Positions 17,526 through 25,503 of a stretch of 34,518 bases of DNA are shown here, piece by piece. Under the pieces are notes generated by a model, which had not been told where the DNA came from, did not search any database, and saw only the letters and a program-made list of their open reading frames with translations. Source of the DNA: a virus (lineage: Duplodnaviria; Caudoviricetes); IMG/VR virus record IMGVR_UViG_3300042366_000731, positions 1-34,518 of that record; one strand, 5' to 3'. How positions within the stretch are numbered: the first letter of the stretch is position 1; each line of letters begins with the position of its first letter. The position numbers were made by a program, and so were the translations under genes.

Positions 17526-17957
17526 ATGAGATTTAGAAACTGCATTATTGGTAAAGAGTTATCCCATCCAATCCAAATAGCTGAGTCACTTTTAACACCT
17601 TACTCGATTATGTACAAAGACCTGCAAAAGAATGCAGGCATCTTTAAATACAACACCCCTGATAATTTTTTAGACCTGTTACTTGAGAAAAAGGAACCCA
17701 TAAGTGTGTTTACTTACCGTCCCAAAAATCCATGGTCTAAAGCTATTGGTTATTACTCAAGCGGGAAAATTCACCTTAATATTAGAAAGTTGCCAACTAT
17801 GGATAAGTTAGACCTAGTAGGCTTTTTGCTTCACGAATATGCCCACTACTCAGGTTTAAATCATGGGACTGGCTATACAAGGAACTATATTACTGAAGAC
17901 AAACTTAAATACTCAGTGCCATACTATTTATCTGAAAATGTTAAAAACTGGATTTAA
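17526..17957 (+). CDS. Zincin-like metallopeptidase
   Basis: 'LLHEYAHYSGLNH' matches HExxHxxGxxH. Confidence 0.75.
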   Translation: MRFRNCIIGKELSHPIQIAESLLTPYSIMYKDLQKNAGIFKYNTPDNFLDLLLEKKEPISVFTYRPKNPWSKAIGYYSSGKIHLNIRKLPTMDKLDLVGFLLHEYAHYSGLNHGTGYTRNYITEDKLKYSVPYYLSENVKNWI

Positions 17958-17958
17958 A

Positions 17959-18081
17959 ATGGAATTTATTATCATTGGTTCTGTGTTTATTATTTTAGGC
18001 GCAGTCATCATTTACAATCAAGTCAAAATAATGACAGAGCAAAAAGAGCAAAAAAAGAAATTAAACAGGATGAAGATTTAA
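17959..18081 (+). CDS. 40-aa membrane peptide with basic tail
   Basis: ATG 1 nt after the zincin stop; MEFIIIGSVFIILGAVIIYNQ...; more plausible start than 17863. Confidence 0.6.
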   Translation: MEFIIIGSVFIILGAVIIYNQVKIMTEQKEQKKKLNRMKI

Positions 18082-18150
18082 GGCGGCAACGTGGTCACAT
18101 CCATGTTTGCACGCTACCGCCTGAGGATTTATGGGCAGACGACCGCCTGC
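18075..18150 (-). ncRNA. Candidate antisense sRNA with two hairpins
   Basis: Hairpins at 18150-18135 and 18122-18081 pair fully only on the minus strand (G-U). The larger is capped by ACAUGGAUGU. The linker is CCAUAAAUCCUC. Confidence 0.5.
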
Positions 18151-18156
18151 AGTTAT

Positions 18157-18185
18157 AGTTTCAACCCTTTCATAAGTTGCGTCAA
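18157..18185 (-). promoter_or_regulatory. Putative promoter for the antisense sRNA
   Basis: TTGACG (18185-18180), 17-nt spacer, GAAACT (18162-18157). The -10 is weak, but predicted +1 (~18150) is the first base of hairpin 1. Confidence 0.4.
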
Positions 18186-18586
18186 TGTTATCTAGTCCTA
18201 CTGAAAAACAAATTGAGAACCAGATTTTAACCTACCTAAGAAACAGAAGGGTTTTTGTATGGAAAAATCAATCTGTAGGTGTCTTTGATCAGAAAAAAAA
18301 CATATTTAGACGCTCAAATAATCCGCATCACATAGACGGTGTGTCCGACATTCTTGGTCTGTATCAAGGAAGGTTTCTTGCTATAGAGGTTAAGCGCCCA
18401 AGTGTTTCCAGGAAAACAGGTCAATTTATCTATAGGACACAAGAAGAACTTGTAAAAAAGGCAAGCCCTGGACAGGTTTCATTCATAGATCAAATTAATA
18501 AGTCGGGCGGATGCGCTTTTCTTGCAGACAGTTTAGAAGTTGTTAAAGAACAAATGCTTCTCTATTTCCCTTCGTTCCAAAATTGA
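18185..18586 (+). CDS. VRR-NUC family nuclease (Holliday junction resolvase-like)
   Basis: 'EKQIENQI', 'GVSDILG' and 'FLAIEVKRP...Q..FI...GG.A' PD-(D/E)xK motifs. Confidence 0.88.
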   Translation: MLSSPTEKQIENQILTYLRNRRVFVWKNQSVGVFDQKKNIFRRSNNPHHIDGVSDILGLYQGRFLAIEVKRPSVSRKTGQFIYRTQEELVKKASPGQVSFIDQINKSGGCAFLADSLEVVKEQMLLYFPSFQN

Positions 18587-18993
18587 GCAAGGGTAAAGTT
18601 TGGGCAAGTTTTACCAGGATCTAATGTCCTATGCAAAATCACATCACTTTTAGTCAGGTTATATTTTTTTAAAAGATCGATGATTAACTTTCTACCAGTG
18701 TTAAACTGATCAGTATGGAAATCTTTAAAAGTTCTTCCAGAAAAACAGACACCAATACTAAAGCGATTATGATTTTTAACGTGGGCTCCGATATATTGCT
18801 CGTCTCGCCCTTTATGAATGGTTCCCTTCTTATCAATGAACCAGTGATAGCCAATATCGTCCTGGTTCCCTTTTATGCCATCAGGACCTGTAAAACCTCT
18901 GAGTGTATGCCATTCTCTGATTGTGTTGATGTTATCGTGTAGTGGTTGGTCTGAGTCGCTGCAGTGCAAAGCGATAAACTTTATCTTTCTCAT
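18562..18993 (-). CDS. Endolysin, N-acetylmuramoyl-L-alanine amidase (T7 lysozyme type)
   Basis: 'ALHCS', 'DIGYHW', 'GAHVKNHN..SIGVC' and 'HR..DPGKTCP'. Confidence 0.93.
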   Translation of the reverse strand: MRKIKFIALHCSDSDQPLHDNINTIREWHTLRGFTGPDGIKGNQDDIGYHWFIDKKGTIHKGRDEQYIGAHVKNHNRFSIGVCFSGRTFKDFHTDQFNTGRKLIIDLLKKYNLTKSDVILHRTLDPGKTCPNFTLAQFWNEGK

Positions 18994-19172
18994 TTTTTAG
19001 CCTCTAAAAGAGTGATTATTTTCTGAATCAATGAAGCTGTCTTAGTGTCATTGTTTTGCAATGCTTGAAACTTTTGAGCAACCAATCTTGTGAGAGTCTC
19101 AGATTTATGGCAACTCTCTTTTTTTAAAGACAAATCCTGCTTCGTAGAATCTTCTAATTTTTTCTTTTTCAT
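18990..19172 (-). CDS. Small hypothetical protein, start uncertain
   Basis: Stop overlaps the endolysin ATG (ATGA); 5' part overlaps the lipoprotein gene. Confidence 0.4.
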   Translation of the reverse strand: MKKKKLEDSTKQDLSLKKESCHKSETLTRLVAQKFQALQNNDTKTASLIQKIITLLEAKK

Positions 19173-19410
19173 GAAATTTAATCACATCCTTGTTGATTAT
19201 TATTTCATATTCTTTACACCATACCAGTATTTTTCGCTTACACGCCCCGATTGTCGCCCACTGGTATTCTAAGCCGTCTAAGGTTTCATTTATCCTGTAG
19301 GTTCTGAGTTCGAATGAAGGCGGTGTAATCGTGGAGGTAGTTGCGCAGCTCAAATTGGATATTATCAAGAATAGCATCAGAACGAATGGACGGATCTTTG
19401 TTGTACTCAT
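19105..19410 (-). CDS. Lipoprotein, o-spanin-like
   Basis: Basic N-terminus, hydrophobic core and lipobox-like 'NLSC'; within the lysis module. Confidence 0.65.
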   Translation of the reverse strand: MSTTKIRPFVLMLFLIISNLSCATTSTITPPSFELRTYRINETLDGLEYQWATIGACKRKILVWCKEYEIIINKDVIKFHEKEKIRRFYEAGFVFKKRELP

Positions 19411-19543
19411 TGTAAAAGTCTTTTTTTAACTGACTAAGTTTTTCAATCATCTGCAATGATTTTCTAACTGTAAAGTTTTCTTCTTTTTTAAGAAGCAGCG
19501 AAAGACTTGCCTCCGCTGCCTCGATAATTGCCTGGATAAGCAC
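19286..19543 (-). CDS. Helical lysis-module protein overlapping the lipoprotein gene
   Basis: GTG start abuts the stop of the holin-like gene; overlaps 19105-19410 in another frame. Confidence 0.55.
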   Translation of the reverse strand: MLIQAIIEAAEASLSLLLKKEENFTVRKSLQMIEKLSQLKKDFYNEYNKDPSIRSDAILDNIQFELRNYLHDYTAFIRTQNLQDK

Positions 19544-19684
19544 TTATTTCTTCAACTTCTTTAGTTGAAAGTAAACTAATTGAAACAATCCATTGGCCTT
19601 AACACTTGGGATAAGTGCAAGTGCTTCTGAGATTGCAAAAGCTAGTAAAATAAAAGTGTCTTTATGCTCGATAATCATTTCCAT
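19544..19684 (-). CDS. 46-aa holin-like membrane protein
   Basis: Not in the track. MEMIIEHKDTFILLAFAISEALALIPSVKANGLFQLVYFQLKKLKK; AAGGAG SD; basic C-terminus. Confidence 0.7.
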   Translation of the reverse strand: MEMIIEHKDTFILLAFAISEALALIPSVKANGLFQLVYFQLKKLKK

Positions 19685-19693
19685 ATGATCTCC

Positions 19694-20542
19694 TTATTCA
19701 AAATATGCTTCTGTTATTTCCATTCCTTGATAAATTCTAGCTGTTGGTTTTAACGTACCGCTTGTTATTGCCGTTGATTCTCCAACTTTTATTCCATCAA
19801 TCCAAAATTCAAACCCTGTAGATTTTGTTTTAATTTCCAAAGTAACTATTGTGCTGTTGTCAACTATTCCAGTATAAGTCCCAATTACGCTGTTTCCATA
19901 AAGCAAAGACAAATAGTTTCCTGCTGTTGGATTATTTTTATAAAAACCCCAAAAGGTATTAGATACACCAAATCCAATAAATGCAAAACCGCCTAACCAA
20001 AGATCAGAACCTTTAATTTTATAAGTTAAAACCTTTCCTGTGCCCTGCAATACTTCTTGAGTAGCATAATTCATTGAAGCAAGGGAGGTATCATTATAAT
20101 TGGCAATATTTGAAGTTAAACCACCGTCCAATTGAGCAGTGTTATAATTTGCATCTTCAGTCCAATCTACATAGGTTCCTGTAAATATCGGTGCACCAAA
20201 ATCAATATCAAATTCAGCAACAGTTAAATTAGCTCTAGGAATTAAAAGAATTGCACCATCTTTATCAATAATAGTGATTTTTTCTACTTCAAAAATATCT
20301 TCTGCAGTAGCACTGACAAAAAATTGACCTTCAGGAGAGGCAACAGTTGCATCAAACTCAACTGATTCAAATTGCCCTAGAGTGTCTGACTTGTATTTTA
20401 GAATGATCTTGTTCCAGACGTTAGGTGAAGAGAAATGTGCACTTGCAACTACTGTGGGATGTAATGCAAGAGCAGTTTTATCTAGGGAAAAGATACCTGT
20501 GGCATCTTTTTCTAGTGGTGACGGCTTAGTAATTATCGGCAT
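19694..20542 (-). CDS. Beta-rich virion or accessory protein, possible C-terminal ConA-like lectin domain
   Basis: 282 aa; AAGGAG SD; 'TLEIK....FEFWIDGIKVG' pattern. Confidence 0.6.
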   Translation of the reverse strand: MPIITKPSPLEKDATGIFSLDKTALALHPTVVASAHFSSPNVWNKIILKYKSDTLGQFESVEFDATVASPEGQFFVSATAEDIFEVEKITIIDKDGAILLIPRANLTVAEFDIDFGAPIFTGTYVDWTEDANYNTAQLDGGLTSNIANYNDTSLASMNYATQEVLQGTGKVLTYKIKGSDLWLGGFAFIGFGVSNTFWGFYKNNPTAGNYLSLLYGNSVIGTYTGIVDNSTIVTLEIKTKSTGFEFWIDGIKVGESTAITSGTLKPTARIYQGMEITEAYFE

Positions 20543-20561
20543 TGTAAAGACTCCTTAAATG

Positions 20562-20585
20562 AAAAAGGGAGGGTTACCCCTCCCT
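20562..20585 (-). terminator. Rho-independent terminator
   Basis: AGGGAGGG-gtaa-CCCTCCCT followed by a T run, about 10 nt after the fibre gene stop. Confidence 0.85.
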
Positions 20586-20594
20586 GTGAAGTAG

Positions 20595-22346
20595 TTAGTG
20601 AATGTAGGTAACAAAGATTTTATCGCCAGAAGCTATTGGAGAAGCACCTGCAGAGGCAAGTTCCCCAATCCAAGTAATCTTAGTTTTACCGTCAACAACT
20701 GAAAGAGTGTAGTCTACATTTTTAAATACATTAAGACGACCAACGCAAACTTTGTAAATCTTCTCAGCTGTATGAGCAAGTTCAACATAGTTAACACCAA
20801 CACCGCTAACACCAACTTCAAACATTACATCCTCTTCAACAATTTTAGCTTCAATTATATCAAGACGACCATCAAGAGCATTTTCAGCGGCAACAGCCCT
20901 AGACTCTTCTGCAGAAACTTCATCATCTACATATTTTTTAGGTGTAGCGTGATAGTTCTGAGTAGGCATTTTTGGATTAGTTCCAGAAGTGCCATCAAGT
21001 AATTGTGCAAATCCGTTCGAAAGGATTGATCTTCCAGTTGCACCTGTGTGAGATACTTGAAAAAAACCTAGCGTGGACGATCCAAGAGAGTTGTGTTTAG
21101 CATCAATTTGGCCTGAATAGATTTCAGTGTTAAAAGTTCCGCCTCCATAAGCATTAGCAGAATCAACATAAGTTAATTTAACAGTGTCATCCTGCTCAAA
21201 GATTTCAATGTTGCCAACGTGGGCAGGATTGTCAATTGTAAGACCGCCAGTCATTGTGCGAGATCCGTCAAGTTTAACGAATGTTAAATCCTCAGAAGAT
21301 CTTGCAGATGCCTCAGAAGTAATTGCAGATGCTCTATCTATTAACTCTTGTGCAAGACCGTCAGAAACTTCTTTTAACTTAATATCTAGTTTTTTGTCTG
21401 CATCATGTAAGCTAGAAGCAGAACCAATATAGCTAACACCAGTGTTTGCAGAGTAAGATCCGTTAGATCCAAGACCTGCACCAGACTGAGTAGCATCTAC
21501 TTCAGACTGAAGAGCAGCAACAGCGGCATCATTAGAAAGAACATATCCGGCAAAAGCTGAATCATTTTCTGTGTCTACAGAGTTAATTAAAGAAACGATT
21601 TCAGCAAATGAATCTTTGTCGGCTGTAGAAGCAGATAATATTGCGTCAATACGTCCTTTTTCTACATCAATATTTCCTTGGAGGATTGCATCTTGAGAAT
21701 CAACGTAAGTCTTAGAAACTTCGTCAGCTTCTAGTGAATCCAAACGCAGAGAAAGAGCACTGTCGGCAGCAATACGAGCAGTTTCCTCAATAGAAAGATC
21801 AGAATCTAACTGTGAGATTTGTCCGTTGAGGTTAGTCTCAAGAGTAGAAAGTTGACCTTCTAGGTTAGTTTGTAGGCTAGAGATTTGACCTTCAAGATCT
21901 GATTCAAGAGCGTCAAGTTGACCTTTGTTTATTGCATCACCAGAAACTGTACCGTTAGCAAGTGATTCAATTTTAAAAGAACCCATATTCATCGCACCAG
22001 TCATAGTACGAGAACCGTCTTTCTTGAACATAAGAAGATCTTCAGCTTCTCTAAGACCTTTTTCTTCTAATACCTCTGCATCTGTGTAAGACTGAGCAGA
22101 AGATAGAGTAGAAGCATCTCCGGCAATTCTAAGAGCAGCTTCAGAAGCAACTTCAGAGTTAACGAATGATTCAGAAGCAACAACACCTTGAGGAACAACA
22201 GCGTCACCAGAAGCATCGATCTTGATGATCTCTACTTCGCTACCGCCTACACTCATCCCCTTAAGGGCTTGACCATAGAGAATTTTTACCTTGTCTCCAT
22301 CAACAGCCTCTTCTCCGATCCACTTTTTTTCAATTTGCAAACTCAT
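20595..22346 (-). CDS. Trimeric coiled-coil fibre protein (head or tail fibre)
   Basis: 583 aa; neck motif 'GDAINKGQL', 11-residue repeats, 'ARIAAD' segments, duplicated 'DGSRTMTG' and 'ATPKKYVD'. Confidence 0.75.
   Translation of the reverse strand: MSLQIEKKWIGEEAVDGDKVKILYGQALKGMSVGGSEVEIIKIDASGDAVVPQGVVASESFVNSEVASEAALRIAGDASTLSSAQSYTDAEVLEEKGLREAEDLLMFKKDGSRTMTGAMNMGSFKIESLANGTVSGDAINKGQLDALESDLEGQISSLQTNLEGQLSTLETNLNGQISQLDSDLSIEETARIAADSALSLRLDSLEADEVSKTYVDSQDAILQGNIDVEKGRIDAILSASTADKDSFAEIVSLINSVDTENDSAFAGYVLSNDAAVAALQSEVDATQSGAGLGSNGSYSANTGVSYIGSASSLHDADKKLDIKLKEVSDGLAQELIDRASAITSEASARSSEDLTFVKLDGSRTMTGGLTIDNPAHVGNIEIFEQDDTVKLTYVDSANAYGGGTFNTEIYSGQIDAKHNSLGSSTLGFFQVSHTGATGRSILSNGFAQLLDGTSGTNPKMPTQNYHATPKKYVDDEVSAEESRAVAAENALDGRLDIIEAKIVEEDVMFEVGVSGVGVNYVELAHTAEKIYKVCVGRLNVFKNVDYTLSVVDGKTKITWIGELASAGASPIASGDKIFVTYIH
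21795..21926 (-). repeat. Degenerate 33-bp (11-aa) tandem repeat within the fibre gene
   Basis: LESDLEGQISS / LQTNLEGQLST / LETNLNGQISQ / LDSDL. Confidence 0.8.
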
Positions 22347-22371
22347 CTTTTTCCTTCCTTGTAAAAGTTAA

Positions 22372-22752
22372 TTAGTGATAAAAAAAACTGTAAGAGATTT
22401 CGACCCAGTTGTCTTTCTCCAAAAAGCCATCCAAGCCAAGACCTTCCCACGAGATTGAATTTTCGCCTTCAATAAAAATAAAATCAAGAGTTATTATTAC
22501 GCATGGCGCACCTCTTGGCTGAAACTTAACAAATCCGCCTTGTGGTGCAAACTCTCCTGATAAAAATACTTTCTTCTCATCAATATCTGACTGAGTAAGT
22601 TGATAAGCATACTGGTTTATTTTTGTTATTGGTGCTTGGAAACCACGGACCTGCACATCTAAAACAGAAGGTGCAGTTTGATATGCCTCTAAATTAGAAA
22701 CTTGCTGAGTAACATCTAAGTTGAATGATGTTTCGTTCAACTGTAACTGCAT
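22372..22752 (-). CDS. Hypothetical structural protein
   Basis: 126 aa, coupled to the upstream gene; C-half loosely resembles the C-terminal domain of the 583-aa fibre. Confidence 0.6.
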   Translation of the reverse strand: MQLQLNETSFNLDVTQQVSNLEAYQTAPSVLDVQVRGFQAPITKINQYAYQLTQSDIDEKKVFLSGEFAPQGGFVKFQPRGAPCVIITLDFIFIEGENSISWEGLGLDGFLEKDNWVEISYSFFYH

Positions 22753-23126
22753 TACTTGGTCACTTCAGGCGAGATTAACGCCAACCCTTGAACCCATCTT
22801 GTTACGAAACCTGATGGAGACACAGACTCTATGTCATAAATCATTTTAATGACATTCCTGGACGTTCCACGAGCGTTTGTTTGGATCGATGCAGTCACTT
22901 CAGGTGTAAGCATTATTTCAACCATGCCCTTAGTTGATTCATTACCTTGGTTTAAAATTGAAAATGTAAAGGTTGCTTGTGTGGTTGTATCACTTAGATC
23001 TTTTTTGATCTTGCCTCTAAACACATGACCCGATAAGTCTATTTTCTCGTTAGCCTCATCTTTAATGGTAAGGTACATACTAAAAGAAGCACCTTGGTCT
23101 ATTGAAATGTCATGCGTAGCTGCCAT
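22752..23126 (-). CDS. Ig-like fibre-attachment domain protein (BppU N-terminal-like)
   Basis: 'ISIDQGASF', 'IDLSG', 'LTPEVT', 'YDIE' and 'QG...ISPEVT'. Confidence 0.65.
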   Translation of the reverse strand: MAATHDISIDQGASFSMYLTIKDEANEKIDLSGHVFRGKIKKDLSDTTTQATFTFSILNQGNESTKGMVEIMLTPEVTASIQTNARGTSRNVIKMIYDIESVSPSGFVTRWVQGLALISPEVTK

Positions 23127-23138
23127 AAATAATCCTGT

Positions 23139-23306
23139 TTAGAAAATCTTACTCCAAATATAAGACGATAAAGAACCTAATACTGCACTAAATGCTGCTA
23201 CTTTAACTTTTAAAGTTATTAGTTCCTGCTTAACAATAGTCAGGTCTTTCCTGATTTCTTTTATTTCGCTAAATAAATGTGACCGCCACTCTTGATCATT
23301 ATTCAT
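23139..23306 (-). CDS. 55-aa coiled coil with C-terminal membrane anchor
   Basis: Not in the track. MNNDQEWRSHLFSEIKEIRKDLTIVKQELITLKVKVAAFSAVLGSLSSYIWSKIF fills the intergenic gap. Confidence 0.7.
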   Translation of the reverse strand: MNNDQEWRSHLFSEIKEIRKDLTIVKQELITLKVKVAAFSAVLGSLSSYIWSKIF

Positions 23307-23308
23307 TA

Positions 23309-23722
23309 TTAATCCATAAACTCAGGCAGCGGTTGATCTTCAACTACCTCTGGTTTAATAGCAGGAAATAAAACTACTGACTCAATAAGCGTATTTTCTT
23401 TAGGTTGCGGCTTAGGATATTTTGCCTTTATCGCTAACCTTTTTAATTCCATGTCATTTAATGCTTCAATTTTACCATCAAACCATGCGTTCATAAACTC
23501 TTCTGGACTAGGATACTCTGCCTTGCGCTTAGTAAAGCACTCCTGTAATTCATCTTCGTATGAGATTGCATGATATTCAGCAATAGCATCTTGCGGGTAA
23601 GATGATTTGTTACCATCTAGCCACCATGCTAATTTATCTTTTGATTCTTCGTAATGAGATTGGTCAATGATAAGGTTATTAGATTTTACAATTATTTTAA
23701 TCATGGAGCCACCCCTGTACAT
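23309..23722 (-). CDS. Tail-fibre-assembly-like protein (probable start 23704)
   Basis: 'KRKAEYPS...AIKAKYPKP' motif typical of genes that follow phage fibres; ATGA overlap with the upstream gene. Confidence 0.6.
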   Translation of the reverse strand: MYRGGSMIKIIVKSNNLIIDQSHYEESKDKLAWWLDGNKSSYPQDAIAEYHAISYEDELQECFTKRKAEYPSPEEFMNAWFDGKIEALNDMELKRLAIKAKYPKPQPKENTLIESVVLFPAIKPEVVEDQPLPEFMD

Positions 23723-25500
23723 TCAACTGACATATAAGAAAATTTCCCTGTCCCAGAATCTGATGATGAATCTAAATTTAAAACTAAACCGCCATTAGTA
23801 GTTGTCGACCATGTTTGATCGCCAGTTACAAACCGAGGAGAGCATTGATTTACTTCATCACTTGTTGTGTCATAACTTGTGCAGCTACAATGTATAAAAG
23901 ATGAGTTTGACCATGTACCGTTTGCAAAAGTTAGGTTGTCGTAAAGACCTGTTCCGGTAAGAACTTGAGGTGGAGTTGCTGTTCCACAAGTATCAACTAC
24001 CTCAACACAAGTACCTGTAGTACATTCTGTCGGACTTGCAAGAGTTGCAGAAGCACCGCCAAAGGCATAATAACAAGTTTTAGGCTTAGCTATTCCCGGT
24101 GCAGTCATTACTTCGTTAAATGTACCTGTGATTGTTTTACTAGCTACAAAATCTGCACCTTGTTTTTGGCAGACAATATTAAAATCTTCTGCGAGTTTTG
24201 TTGTTGCAGTCTGTGTTCTAACAGAAACACTAGTAGAAGACTGGGAATCTATTTGCGCAGTCCTATCAATAGAGTTATCAAAAGGTGTGACAACACAATT
24301 GGGAGCTACAGTAAAAGTAAAGGTGTTGAAAGTTACGGCAAACAAAGAGGTGTCCGAAATAGTGGCATTCCCATTAATCCAATCAACATTCTCTCCGCTA
24401 ACAACACCTGCAGCACTAACCTTTGCACTAAACACATCAACATTGTTAATGCCCGCAGTTGTTGTATAGGTAGAATTTGATCCGTAATACTCAAGGATAA
24501 ATTTAGATGAGATTCTAGGTGAAGCGGCTGTGTCACTTGAAATAGTGATAGTGTTAGCAGTAGATCCTGCATAAAGTTCAAAAACTCTATTGCCTGCAGA
24601 AGTATAATTAAAAGTACATTCAATCATTAGCCCAGTATATTGTCCTATTCCACCTGTTTGTCCGTATTGAGGTTCGCAAGTAGTTGTACCATCGTTGATT
24701 GCAAAACCAGAGTTCCCACTTGTTGCTAAAAACGTACGAACCATGAACTTAGCTTTATAAGTCCCTGCAGGAAGATTGTTTACTGTTACCCTAGGAAGAT
24801 CAGAGTCTGTAGTTTGCCATGCACCCAATGATTGTCTGACAATGGTTGGTCCGGGGCAAGCTGCTACAGTGCCAAATGCTCCTACAGTAGTAGAAGTTCT
24901 TGTCCAGTTACAACTTGTAGTACCTGCAAAATATGCTTCACCTGCTAACTTAGCTTCAGAGCTAGAATTTAAAATATTAGAAACACCAACATAAGATTCA
25001 TCGACGTAAACTGTACCAGTAATAGAGTTACCGTTTGAGTTGATTGAAATACCTTGAGAGGTTGCACCAGTTACAAATGGAATCTGATATAGACCCCACT
25101 TATCATTACCCTGCACACTTACACACAAGCTAGTAATAACAACTCCTGCCTGCCTAGGGCATACACGTACACCTGCTACGCTTGATTTAATTTTTACAGT
25201 CAAGATAGCTTGCATACCGTCTGTAAGTTGAGAGGCAAATAATGTTGAATCTTGATAAAAGTCCATATTCTGAGAAGATAAGACCACCTTTCCAGATGCC
25301 TTCCCTTGAACAAACACAGAATAATCTGCAGTGAAAGTCCCTGCGCTATTTGTCCACTTACCAATCCCTGATTCAAACCCAGGATTAATAAGAAGGTTAT
25401 TATCTTGCAGGTATTGACCTGTGACAGATGAAACTTGTGCTCTAGATAATGCTGCAAACATTCCCAGGACTGCGAAAAATAAAAATAAATTCTTAATCAT
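23701..25500 (-). CDS. Cys-rich multidomain receptor-binding / adhesin-like protein with Sec signal peptide and CBM-like N-domain
   Basis: MIKNLFLFFAVLGMFAALSRA|Q; 'NLLINPGFESG...W'; T/S/G-rich beta domains; 16 Cys. Confidence 0.7.
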   Translation of the reverse strand: MIKNLFLFFAVLGMFAALSRAQVSSVTGQYLQDNNLLINPGFESGIGKWTNSAGTFTADYSVFVQGKASGKVVLSSQNMDFYQDSTLFASQLTDGMQAILTVKIKSSVAGVRVCPRQAGVVITSLCVSVQGNDKWGLYQIPFVTGATSQGISINSNGNSITGTVYVDESYVGVSNILNSSSEAKLAGEAYFAGTTSCNWTRTSTTVGAFGTVAACPGPTIVRQSLGAWQTTDSDLPRVTVNNLPAGTYKAKFMVRTFLATSGNSGFAINDGTTTCEPQYGQTGGIGQYTGLMIECTFNYTSAGNRVFELYAGSTANTITISSDTAASPRISSKFILEYYGSNSTYTTTAGINNVDVFSAKVSAAGVVSGENVDWINGNATISDTSLFAVTFNTFTFTVAPNCVVTPFDNSIDRTAQIDSQSSTSVSVRTQTATTKLAEDFNIVCQKQGADFVASKTITGTFNEVMTAPGIAKPKTCYYAFGGASATLASPTECTTGTCVEVVDTCGTATPPQVLTGTGLYDNLTFANGTWSNSSFIHCSCTSYDTTSDEVNQCSPRFVTGDQTWSTTTNGGLVLNLDSSSDSGTGKFSYMSVECTGVAP

Positions 25501-25503
25501 GTT

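Noticed and set aside
19676-19684. Lambda S-type dual-start holin/antiholin (Met-Glu-Met)
   Set aside because: The lambda mechanism relies on an added positive charge (Met-Lys-Met). Here the extra residue is acidic and no regulatory hairpin is evident.
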